The notes under the pieces: generated by a model
The model's database searches: none
What the model saw: only the letters and a program-made list of their open reading frames with translations
Told to the model about the DNA's origin: nothing
Position numbers and translations under genes: made by a program
In this document: positions 32,300 to 40,911 of the stretch, one piece after another
How the letters are laid out: every line of letters begins with the position of its first letter
How positions within the stretch are numbered: the stretch's first letter is position 1
NCBI GenBank assembly: GCA_019115265.1
Contig: DXDX01000218.1
Location: 1 to 54,276, forward strand
Reading direction: 5' to 3'
Origin: Candidatus Flavonifractor merdigallinarum
GTDB lineage: Bacteria; Bacillota; Clostridia; Oscillospirales; Oscillospiraceae
DNA length: 54,276 nucleotides

Positions 32300-32707
32300 G
32301 TGGATTACAGAGCTTTTGCGATTCAATTCATCAACTACATGCTGACGCGGAAACACGCCTGGAAAATTGAAGGAGTCTCCGACCTGCCAAAGGGAGCCTA
32401 CGGGGTTTTGAGTTTTCTGTACTACCACAACAACGGTGCGTCGGTGGGAGAGCTGACCGAATATTTACAGGTCACAAGCGGCCGGACCACAGCGCTCTTA
32501 CAGCGCTTGGAGCGGCGCGATCTGATTCAACGGGAGCAGAGCACCGCAGACAAGCGGGTGTTCTTTACGTTTTTGACCGAAGAGGGGCGACGTCAAGTGG
32601 AACTGGAATATGCGCGCATGATTACGTTTTTTACCAAACGCTTTGAGAAGTTGGGCGAAGAGGATACCCACGCCTACATACGCATCATCAAAAAGTTATT
32701 TGATTAA
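32300..32707 (+). CDS. MarR family transcriptional regulator
   Basis: ELTEYLQVTSGRTTALLQRLE, DKRV..LTEEG; GTG after AAGGAG; TTGCAG-17-TATAAT at 32238-32266. Confidence 0.88.
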   Translation: MDYRAFAIQFINYMLTRKHAWKIEGVSDLPKGAYGVLSFLYYHNNGASVGELTEYLQVTSGRTTALLQRLERRDLIQREQSTADKRVFFTFLTEEGRRQVELEYARMITFFTKRFEKLGEEDTHAYIRIIKKLFD

Positions 32708-32751
32708 ACTTATCCTCTCTCCGAAACCGATTGCATCTCCTAATAAGAGTC

Positions 32752-32795
32752 AAAAAAGGACCTGCCGCACCGTTTTTCTGTGGGTGCGGCAGGTC
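32752..32795 (-). terminator. Terminator between convergent marR and the hypothetical gene
   Basis: GACCTGCCGCACC / GGTGCGGCAGGTC stem next to an A6 run. Confidence 0.75.
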
Positions 32796-32799
32796 TCGT

Positions 32800-33828
32800 T
32801 TAATTAAAACCGGAAATTATCTGATGGATGGAATACGCCAAACGCTCCAGAGTGTCCAGCTCCTCTTGGGTAGTGAGAAACAGCGTATACTCATCCGCCT
32901 CTGTACCCAGATAGCCCACCACCAGCCCTTTATCGGCCAGTTTCCCATTCAGCAGCCGGCTCCACTCCGGGATATCTCCCGCCCGGGAGAGTCCAAAGTA
33001 TCGCGGGTCCAACGTCAATCCCTCCGCTTTTGCCCGCTTTGTTCCAAACAAAAAGAAGAGAAAATCCTCCAGCTCATCCTTCCAGTCCCGGGTGCAGACC
33101 ACCTGTTGCTGCTCCAGAACATCCCGCATCAGCCACCACGGGTCCGCAACACAGCGCTTCATCTCCTCTTTGGAGAGCGGATACTGACTCTTGAGGCGCT
33201 GCTCCTGTTGGGCCAGGTATTGCTGCGGCGCGGCCAGCCCTTCCTGAAAGGCCGCCACCACCTCCTTCTCATTCTGGGAGATGATCTGTGCAATTTCTAC
33301 GCAGGTTTTTTCCACATCTGGTGTAAAAATGTGAAACACCTCCTCACAGTTGATATCTGGAGGCCACTGGCCTCCTCCAAGGATTCCATGGGCCTCCAGC
33401 GCGCTTTGAAACGCCCGAAAGCCCCTGTGCGTGGGATAGACGCTAATCTCCCGCTTTCCCCGCCCCTGCGGCGGGTTTCGCTGGGTGAGCACAATGCCTG
33501 AGGGAAACAGAGGGCCCACCTGAATTTCCTGTTGAAACTCACTCCAGGGCACCACAGTCTCCTCCCGCTCGTTCCAGTGTATCACCACCTTTTCCTCATG
33601 ATAGGAAATATAGGGCAGCCCCCGTACGACACGGTGGACGCCAAACACCAGAAGTCCACCAAAGAGGGCAAGCCCAGCCAGATAGATAAGCGGGTCCTCT
33701 CCGCTCGGCCCTTTCTCCAACAGCAGCTCATAGACGCAGAACAATACGGTAGGGACACAGAGTAGCACCAGAATGACCAGCGCCAGAAGTACCCCGCCCC
33801 TCCCCGCCCGGCACTCTCTCATCTCCAT
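32800..33828 (-). CDS. Membrane-anchored hypothetical protein with DUF6630-like C-terminal domain
   Basis: Two N-terminal TM helices; C-terminal DWKDELEDF...GLVVGYL.TEADEY.LF pattern; GGAGG RBS. Confidence 0.6.
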   Translation of the reverse strand: MEMRECRAGRGGVLLALVILVLLCVPTVLFCVYELLLEKGPSGEDPLIYLAGLALFGGLLVFGVHRVVRGLPYISYHEEKVVIHWNEREETVVPWSEFQQEIQVGPLFPSGIVLTQRNPPQGRGKREISVYPTHRGFRAFQSALEAHGILGGGQWPPDINCEEVFHIFTPDVEKTCVEIAQIISQNEKEVVAAFQEGLAAPQQYLAQQEQRLKSQYPLSKEEMKRCVADPWWLMRDVLEQQQVVCTRDWKDELEDFLFFLFGTKRAKAEGLTLDPRYFGLSRAGDIPEWSRLLNGKLADKGLVVGYLGTEADEYTLFLTTQEELDTLERLAYSIHQIISGFN

Positions 33829-33917
33829 CCTCCTATTCCAGAACCACCGGTCAAATGGCCGGGCCTTCCCGTATGATGATGCGGAGAGGTCCGGCCATTT
33901 TCGCTTTCTTGGGACGG

Positions 33918-35378
33918 TCAGCCGGGCGCGGTGCTCCGGCAGCGGGTGATTTCAAAGCCGCCGGTACTGGTCTTGCCTCCAGCCAGGGTACGGGCTGCAT
34001 AGTCGTTAAAATGCCACCACTCCGACTCCAGCGGCGTCATCCCCGCCTGTCGGAAGTAGCCCCGCAGGGCCAGCGCGGGCTCGTTCATGGTGTCGGCCAG
34101 GGTGCTCTCCCCCGGTCCGGTGGTAGAGGCCGCCGCCATGCTCAGCTCGTGAATGGGGGTGGGCATCTCATACTCCCCATACTCCGTCACCGCCAGATAG
34201 GAATAGCCGCCGGTAGTGCGCAGCTGGGTGCCGGTCACCTTGGCCAGCCCCACATCCACCGCAAATCCCTTCTGGTGGTTGGAATACCCCGTATTGATGA
34301 AGTAGGTCATGGACCAGGGCGCGGTGGTAATCCCTGCCTTGACGGCGGCATCCTGCTTCGCCAGGGCGGTGAGGGCCTTGACCACCGCCTGCTGCGTCTT
34401 GTAGGGCCGGTAGGCCTCATAGAGAATGAGGCTGTTTCCCTGCATCAGGGCGGCCCGCTGGGCGGCGCAGAGCTTCTTGGCGGTGGCATAGAGGGCGGGC
34501 ATCAGGTACTGCTCCTCCTCAAAGCGGGGGTTGTACACCTTGCCCGGATAGAGAGCCTGTCCCGTAATACCGGAAATCTTCCGGCCGGAGCTGGTGTACC
34601 GGGCGGAGTAGGAGTTGACCGCGTCATAGAGGATGGATGGAATCACATCGGGCAGATTGACCATACAGAACTTGTGCTCCACCCAGCCGGTCCCAGCGGA
34701 AGAGGATACCTTCCACCACTCCCCTTTTTCACGCAGGATGGTGAAGGAGCTGCCCGGGGAGAGGACCGCCAGCGGCCCGTCCCCTTTGGCATTGGACACC
34801 GGGCTGGACGCGCTGGCCGTGACCGGCGGCTCTACGGACGCCGGGCTCTCGCCGGCGGCGGTCGGAGCGGCAGCCGGCGGCGTCTCTTCCGGCGTCAGAG
34901 AGGCCGGCGGCGTTTCGCTCGCCTCAGGGGTCGCCGTAGGCGTGGGGGCCGGCACAGGGGCCGGTGTAGGCACCGCACTGGGTGTCGGTGTCACTGTGGG
35001 GGTGGGGGTAGGCGTAGGCTCCACCGTAGGGGTAGGGCTGGGCGTGGGGGTGGGAGTGGGAATGGAGGCCCACAGGCTCAGCTCCACCGCCGCATAGCCG
35101 GTGGCCCCCTCAATGGGCAGCTCCAGGCCGTTGTAACGCTGGGGCAGCGCCCGGTCCAAGGTGTGTGTCTCCTCAAACACGGGTGGGACGGACGCGGGAA
35201 CGGGCGTAGGAGCGACATCTGGAAGGGCCGACGGCGTGGGGGCTGGGGTCGGTGGGGCGGCGGCTGACGCGGTGGGGGAAACCGCCTGCGTGGGGCTGTC
35301 CGGCGCGCCGTCACCGCCGCAGGCGGTCAGGCACAGCGCCAACAGCAGGGCGCACACCAATCGAAAAGGTCGATGCAT
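33918..35378 (-). CDS. Lipoprotein with Pro/Thr-rich linker, SH3b-like segment and M15 (VanX/DdpX-like) D-Ala-D-Ala peptidase domain
   Basis: Lipobox LTAC; YEAYRP, SNHQKGFAVD (SxHxxGxAxD), EWWHF zinc motifs. Confidence 0.82.
   Translation of the reverse strand: MHRPFRLVCALLLALCLTACGGDGAPDSPTQAVSPTASAAAPPTPAPTPSALPDVAPTPVPASVPPVFEETHTLDRALPQRYNGLELPIEGATGYAAVELSLWASIPTPTPTPSPTPTVEPTPTPTPTVTPTPSAVPTPAPVPAPTPTATPEASETPPASLTPEETPPAAAPTAAGESPASVEPPVTASASSPVSNAKGDGPLAVLSPGSSFTILREKGEWWKVSSSAGTGWVEHKFCMVNLPDVIPSILYDAVNSYSARYTSSGRKISGITGQALYPGKVYNPRFEEEQYLMPALYATAKKLCAAQRAALMQGNSLILYEAYRPYKTQQAVVKALTALAKQDAAVKAGITTAPWSMTYFINTGYSNHQKGFAVDVGLAKVTGTQLRTTGGYSYLAVTEYGEYEMPTPIHELSMAAASTTGPGESTLADTMNEPALALRGYFRQAGMTPLESEWWHFNDYAARTLAGGKTSTGGFEITRCRSTAPG
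34930..35062 (-). repeat. Pro-Thr low-complexity coding repeat
   Basis: IPTPTPTPSPTPTVEPTPTPTPTVTPTPSAVPTPAPVPAPTPT. Confidence 0.8.
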
Positions 35379-35423
35379 GGAAGAGTCTCCTTTTACCAGT
35401 GGCTCATAGAATGGGTCAGGGGT

Positions 35424-36838
35424 TTAGGCGGCGTAGTCCAGCACCTCCGCCAGTACAGTGGCGGCCTCCGCCCGGGTGGCGGCGGCTTTGGGGAGCAGCT
35501 TGCTGCCGCTGCCCTGGAAAATACCGGCGCCAGTGGTGCGTGCGGCGGAGTTTAAGGCCCAGATGGCGATGTCGCCGTCATCGGCAAAGCCCAGTCCGTT
35601 CACATCGGGCAGCTCCAGAACCCGGTCAATCATCACCATCATCTCCTGCCGGGTGATGGTCCGGTCGGGGGCAAAGGTGGTATCCGTCACACCGGACACC
35701 AGGCCCAGCTGGGCGGATTTTTCGATGTAGCTTTGGGCCCAGTGGCCCTGAATGTCGGTAAAACTGGGAACTCCTGCGTTGGAAGTGAGATTCTCTGCCT
35801 CCTCTGCGGCCGGGGGTTCACTCTCCTGCGGCGCAGTGGTGGCCGCGGGGCTCTCTTCCGGCACAGCGGTGGCCTCCGGGCTTTCCGGTTCTGTGGTACT
35901 TTCGGGGGTCTCTTCCGGTACCGCCGTAGTGATTGGCGCTGCGGTTGCCTCCGGTGTGGGGGTGGGAGTGGGCGTCGGGGCAGGGGTGGGTTCAGGCGCT
36001 TCCGGCAGGGCGCGGCTGTCGGTGTGGCGGGTGCGGTCATTGCTGGAGCGCATCACCACGCTGATAATCCGCCGGCCATTCTTCACGGCGGTGGCGCTGA
36101 GGCAGTAGACAGCGGCGGAGATGGTGCCGGTCTTGAAACCGTCCACACCGTCATAGGCATAGGCCAAGCCGGGGAGCAGCTTGTTGGTGTTGGAATACCA
36201 TTTCCCGTTGAAGGTCACTCCGGTCAGGGAGGTGTAGTTCAGAATCTGGGGGAAGCGCTGGATAAAGCTCCGCACCAGAATGGCCTGGGACCGGGCGGTC
36301 AGGTAGTGGACGTGGGCACCGTGGGAGTTTTTGTACTCGGCGGTCATGCCCAGTCGCTTGGCGGTTTCATTCATCCGCTGGACAAAGGCGGCTTCGGTGC
36401 CGGAGATGTACTCCGCCATGACAATACAGCTGGCGCTGGCGGAGGGAATCAGAATCAGCCGAAGCAGCATATCGACTGACACTTTCCCCCGGCGGGCAGA
36501 GGGACGGAGGTGGGGTAATTGGCCCCATCCCGGGAGTGCTGGGCGTTGGTACTGCTGATGGGCACCATGGTGTCCAGCGTGAGGTTACCCGCCTCCAGCT
36601 CCTCAAAGATGATGTACGCCGTCATGACCTTGGTCATGGAGGCGGGGACGCGCATGGTGTCCGCATCCTTCTCGTAGAGCACCTCGCCGGTGTCATAGTC
36701 CATAACAATGGCGCTGGCGGCGGTGATAGAAGGCTTCTGGGGCGCGGAAGCGGCCATTGCGCCCGATTCCAGCACAAGCGCAAGGAGCAGAAGCAATGCG
36801 ATTGTTTTCATGGAAGCGCGAAATTTTCCAGGGAACAT
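35424..36838 (-). pseudogene. S11 D-alanyl-D-alanine carboxypeptidase with Pro/Glu linker and SLH domains, split by a frameshift at about 36482-36490
   Basis: Signal peptide and PASMTK (SxxK) in ORF 36455-36898; MN..AK.LG, FKTG and SLH repeats (FTDIQGHWA, ITRQEM, ATRAEAA) in the -1 frame ORF 35424-36482. Confidence 0.8.
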
Positions 36839-36884
36839 ACCGATCATCTCCATTCCTGGCAGCAACATGCCGCACTGTGATACC

Positions 36885-39293
36885 TTAAAGTATGTCACAT
36901 TCCTGTTTCTTTGTCAAATGCCGGAAATCATTTCTCACTTCCCGCTCCACCAGGCGCAGGCGCTTTGCAGTCTCCCGGGCCTCCTCCCGGTGCTTGACCC
37001 CCAGCTTGCCAAAGATATGGTTGACATGCACTTTGACGGTGGCGGTTTTGATATTCAGTATCGCCCCAATCTCTCCGTTGCTCTTCCCCGCGCACAGCAG
37101 GCGCAGTACCTGTGTCTCGGTGGGCGAGAGGGGGGCAATCATCTCCCGGCGGGGGCGCAGATAGTCGGGGTAGAGGGAGGCCTGCTCCCGGACCGCGGCC
37201 ATCAGCCGCTCCCAAAAATCCTCCTCCCCTTCCCATATGTACGCACTGAGCAGCGGCAGCACCGCCCCGCCGTATTGGCTGATGGGGCGGATGAACCGGA
37301 ACTGCGCCGCTGTCTCCAGCGCAACGCTCAAATCCGCTCGCCACGCCTCCTCTCTCTGTCGAAAACGGGCGATGGCGGAGAGGATATGGAGATGGATGTT
37401 GTCAATATACCGGGCGCAGGCGGTAAAGTAGGTTCTCAACGGGGCCAGCGTTGTCCTCGCCGCCGCCTCATCCCCCAGGGCCAGCTCCACACGCGCCTGT
37501 GTGATGTACTGGTAGCGCTGAAGCCCGTGGATTTTCTGTGGATTTTTGGGGGCTTTCTCCCGATACCACTGGTCGGCCTCCTCATCGTTGCCCAGATACA
37601 GCTCGACCCGGCAGATCATGGCGTCCAAATTGGGCAGAAAGCGGCTCTCCCCTTGTTCCGCAAACCGCTCCCGCAGGGTGAGCAGCGTCCGCTTTGCGTC
37701 CAGCGCGCTGACCCCGTCCAGCTGCGTCCGGGCCAGAAGGCCCACCACTGCCAATTCCAGATCGGGCGTCCCCTCTCTGCGAATGCGCTCCAGGTTGGAG
37801 AGGAGGGCCAGAACCCGGTCCTTGATATTCTCCCCTTTTTCATATTTGCTCTCAGCGATGGCGCAGTCGGCCAGACACACCCCATCCCGGCCCAGCACCG
37901 CCTCCGCTGGCCGGCGCAGCGTGGCATAGAGGAAGTCATCTCTCTGACTCCAGGGGGAAAAATCCTTGCTTCCATTCATCAGGCTGGGCATGGAACTGGT
38001 GACCGAGAAGGCGGGCAGCTTGATCTCCCGGCTGCTCAGCAGATGAAAGACTTTGACAAAGGTATCCACCATTCCCTCCACCTTCCGCTGGGGCAGGGAG
38101 AGATCCAGCCAGGCCAGGCGGCTGCGGGCCTCCCGATAGTCCGCATCGGTCCGGCGGCAATGTTTCAGAAAGTCCCGGAGCGCCTGATACCACTTCTCAG
38201 AGGCCGGAACGTCCAGTGTGAGGGCGCAGAGCATACTCATCGCCTGCATCAGCGCGGGAGAGGATCGGATCTCCTGCTCCGAAAGTGTCCGATAATAGGG
38301 TTCCATCTCTTCATAGTGCCCCATGCCGGGGTGCATCTCCGCGTTTTTGGCCAGCAGCTCCGAGATTTTGGCCGTATCTCCGCTTTTGGAATAGCACTCC
38401 AGCGCCTTTCCATAGTCCTCTTTGAGCTCGTAATACAGACCGCCCCGGTTATAGAGCGCCCGGCGCTGCCCCTCATCATAGGTCTGCTCCAGCTCCCAGA
38501 GGAGAAACCGGCGGAAAATGGGCCAGAAGCGGTGGCGGTCCAGCCGCTCTTGAAGTATGGCGCTGGACTCCCGCTGGAATTTCCCCAGCAGCTCCCCGGC
38601 CCGGCTGTTGCCGCTGACAATGCGGGCCAGCTCTGGGCAAAACGGCTCAAAAGGCGCCAAATCCAGCAGCAGATGCTGCATATCTCGCTCCAGAGGTCCG
38701 TAAACCCGCTCCTCAAAATAGAAGAAGAGATCCCGGCGGACTTGGTCGGCCACTGTCTCCTGGTACAGCTCCCCCCGCAGAAGATAGGGAATCAGCAGCA
38801 CCAGCGGAGCGGGACAGCCCTTGGTGGCCTTCTGAATCGCGGCCAAGTCCAGACTGGTGGCGGACACCCCCCGCTGCTGGAGCAGCTGCTGGGTCGTCTC
38901 CCGGTCAAAGGCCAGCTCCGAAGGACCAAAGACGGTCATCACCCCGGCCATCTGGAAGGGCAGGAGCCAGTTGGGCACCGTTCCCCGAGTGAGCAGCACA
39001 AAGCGCTTATCGGAACACTCCCGAATCAGACGGCACAGCGCCTCCTGCTCGGAGGTCCCGATGAGCCTCTGGAGGTCGTCCACCAGCAGAACCTCCCACT
39101 CCCCCGCCGCCGGGAAGGTTATGTTTCCCTCTTCCGGAGATACTGCCCACACCCGCCGGCCAGACAGCAGCGCCCGTGCGGTGGTAGTCTTGCCAAAGCC
39201 ACAGGGGGCGCTGAACAGCACCGCACGTCCCCGCCGCATGGCTTGTTCGAATTGCTCGGCCAACGCTGGCTTCAGCACGGCCTCCCACTCCAT
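36885..39293 (-). CDS. MalT-like ATP-dependent (STAND) LuxR-family regulator
   Basis: Walker A APCGFGKT, Walker B LLVDD, helical repeats, C-terminal LuxR HTH LSPTE..VL...GKSN.EI...TVKVHV.HIFGKL. Confidence 0.9.
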   Translation of the reverse strand: MEWEAVLKPALAEQFEQAMRRGRAVLFSAPCGFGKTTTARALLSGRRVWAVSPEEGNITFPAAGEWEVLLVDDLQRLIGTSEQEALCRLIRECSDKRFVLLTRGTVPNWLLPFQMAGVMTVFGPSELAFDRETTQQLLQQRGVSATSLDLAAIQKATKGCPAPLVLLIPYLLRGELYQETVADQVRRDLFFYFEERVYGPLERDMQHLLLDLAPFEPFCPELARIVSGNSRAGELLGKFQRESSAILQERLDRHRFWPIFRRFLLWELEQTYDEGQRRALYNRGGLYYELKEDYGKALECYSKSGDTAKISELLAKNAEMHPGMGHYEEMEPYYRTLSEQEIRSSPALMQAMSMLCALTLDVPASEKWYQALRDFLKHCRRTDADYREARSRLAWLDLSLPQRKVEGMVDTFVKVFHLLSSREIKLPAFSVTSSMPSLMNGSKDFSPWSQRDDFLYATLRRPAEAVLGRDGVCLADCAIAESKYEKGENIKDRVLALLSNLERIRREGTPDLELAVVGLLARTQLDGVSALDAKRTLLTLRERFAEQGESRFLPNLDAMICRVELYLGNDEEADQWYREKAPKNPQKIHGLQRYQYITQARVELALGDEAAARTTLAPLRTYFTACARYIDNIHLHILSAIARFRQREEAWRADLSVALETAAQFRFIRPISQYGGAVLPLLSAYIWEGEEDFWERLMAAVREQASLYPDYLRPRREMIAPLSPTETQVLRLLCAGKSNGEIGAILNIKTATVKVHVNHIFGKLGVKHREEARETAKRLRLVEREVRNDFRHLTKKQECDIL

Positions 39294-39324
39294 AAGCGCT
39301 CCCCCTTCCAATGGACCTCGTTTC

Positions 39325-39368
39325 AAAAAGGGCCAGACAGTGGGGGCGCTCCCCTCTATCTGGCCCTC
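39325..39368 (-). terminator. Intrinsic terminator between the DUF4157 gene and the LuxR gene
   Basis: Minus strand AGGGCCAGATAGAGGGG..CCCCCACTGTCTGGCCC followed by TTTTT. Confidence 0.72.
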
Positions 39369-39379
39369 TCATGCTGCGG

Positions 39380-40723
39380 CTATTTCCAGAACTGCCACCA
39401 CTTCTTCTTGGGGGCAGCAGCACGCGCCTGGACCATGGCATCATACTCTGGATTGGCGCCAAGTTCCGGGCCGTTCCTCCCGTTGTTCTCCCGCATCGTC
39501 AAATAAGCTGCATCCAGACGGCCCTGGACACCCATCGCTTTCTGCATCTGCTTGCCCTTCATGCCCGGCACAGCAAATTTCTGATTGAATGCCTGGGGAT
39601 CAACCCCCATATTCTGCACCACATCGCTGCGCAATTCGCGCCCCTTCGCCGCGCCACGCGTATTGCGTGCAGCCAAAGACTCGCCCTCGATCTCTGGCAG
39701 CAGATGGGTACCAATGCGGCTGGCAACGTCAGTAAGCGAGTTCAGCCGTCCCACCAGCTCATTGTTCCGCAGGAAGTTGGCCTGTACACTCTCTTCGCTG
39801 GTATCCAGGCTATTGGGGTCCAAATCCATCAGCTCCTGATAGACAGGCGCTGCCACGGTCTGGAAGTGTCCCCTCATTTCCTCTTCGGACAGTTCTGTAT
39901 TCAGCGCCCCGTCCGGCGTCCACAACTTCCCCAACGCCTCATTATACGCATCGTCTCCCTGCCGGAACAGACTGAGGAATTGCCGTCCGCCGGATGTGCC
40001 TCCAATCTGCCCCTCGCCATGCATCAGCCCCTTGCTTCGGGCATATGCCTCTGCCGCATCCTGCTGTTGATGCCGGGCATCGTGTGTCTGCTCCAGCATC
40101 TGGTTGCGTATCCCGATGGCGGGGAAATACTGTTTCAGATCTGCCTGTCGCTCCGCTTCCTTCTGCTCGGGGCTCTTGCCAAACAGCCGCTTGAGCCCGT
40201 TTCCTATCATACGGAACAGTTTGGGCATCATCTGTACCTGGCCGGTGGGGGCGGAGACGGTAGGAGTTGCGCTCTCTACCAGTCCCTGCTGCACCGTGTG
40301 CACCAGCTCATGGGCGGCCACGCCGGGGTCAAAGCCCCCCTCGCCAAAGTAGATATCCCGTCCCGTGGCATAGGCCCGGGCGCCCATACCCTCGGCGGTC
40401 TCCACCGCGGCGGCGCCGGTGTGGAAGCGCACACCGGAGAAATCCGCCCCCAGCTTCTCCCCTAGACGGCTCTTCACTTCCTCCGGTGTCCGGGCGTCCT
40501 CCATCCCGGCGGACAGGCGGTCGGCCTCCTGCTCCGCCTGGGGAATCTGGTGGTCCAGAAAATGCTGCTGCATCCGCATCTGCATCTGCTGTTCCAGATC
40601 ACCCCGCCCCGGCTCATCCAACTGGATAGCGGCGGGCTGCGCCGGACTTCTCTGCTCCATGGTGTTCTGAACGGCAGAGGAAACCTGCTCCATCCGCCGG
40701 CGTGCAGCATAAGTCTGCGACAT
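39380..40723 (-). CDS. DUF4157 (eCIS core domain) protein with uncharacterised C-terminal region
   Basis: EQEAD, LGADFSGVRFHT, GARAYATGRDIYF, AHELVHTVQQ (HExxH); C-terminus KKKWWQFWK; GGAGG RBS. Confidence 0.85.
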   Translation of the reverse strand: MSQTYAARRRMEQVSSAVQNTMEQRSPAQPAAIQLDEPGRGDLEQQMQMRMQQHFLDHQIPQAEQEADRLSAGMEDARTPEEVKSRLGEKLGADFSGVRFHTGAAAVETAEGMGARAYATGRDIYFGEGGFDPGVAAHELVHTVQQGLVESATPTVSAPTGQVQMMPKLFRMIGNGLKRLFGKSPEQKEAERQADLKQYFPAIGIRNQMLEQTHDARHQQQDAAEAYARSKGLMHGEGQIGGTSGGRQFLSLFRQGDDAYNEALGKLWTPDGALNTELSEEEMRGHFQTVAAPVYQELMDLDPNSLDTSEESVQANFLRNNELVGRLNSLTDVASRIGTHLLPEIEGESLAARNTRGAAKGRELRSDVVQNMGVDPQAFNQKFAVPGMKGKQMQKAMGVQGRLDAAYLTMRENNGRNGPELGANPEYDAMVQARAAAPKKKWWQFWK

Positions 40724-40911
40724 ATTACTCCCTCCATTCCCGCTTCTTGCTGTTATTATATCACAATTTAGCGAAAATTTCGGTGCATTTCACCCCACTT
40801 GACGCATGTTTGCGTTCCCTCGCACCTGCGGTCTCCAACCTGCCGGGACCCAGGATACGCCCAAGACATTCCGCCGACGCGGCGGGCGCTTTGTGCGGGT
40901 ACAACCGTCCC

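Noticed and set aside
34930-36000. Repetitive GGGGTGGGAGT/GGCGT tracts as CRISPR or VNTR
   Set aside because: Degenerate codons of Pro-Thr and Pro-Glu linkers inside CDSs; no constant repeat with unique spacers and no cas genes
33918-36838. Vancomycin resistance (van) cluster
   Set aside because: No D-Ala-D-Lac/Ser ligase, dehydrogenase/racemase or VanRS two-component genes
36708-39506. 932-aa plus-strand ORF, and similar long ORFs at 939-3101, 8669-10903, 13308-15185, 30271-32247, 40702-43362 and 45168-47210
   Set aside because: Antisense shadows of well-supported genes; high GC3 suppresses stops on the opposite strand, and they show no recognisable motifs or RBS
40765-40779. CodY-like boxes (AATTTAGCGAAAATT; also near 11133 and 19434)
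   Set aside because: Three or more mismatches to AATTTTCWGAAAATT in AT-rich intergenic DNA; not distinguishable from chance
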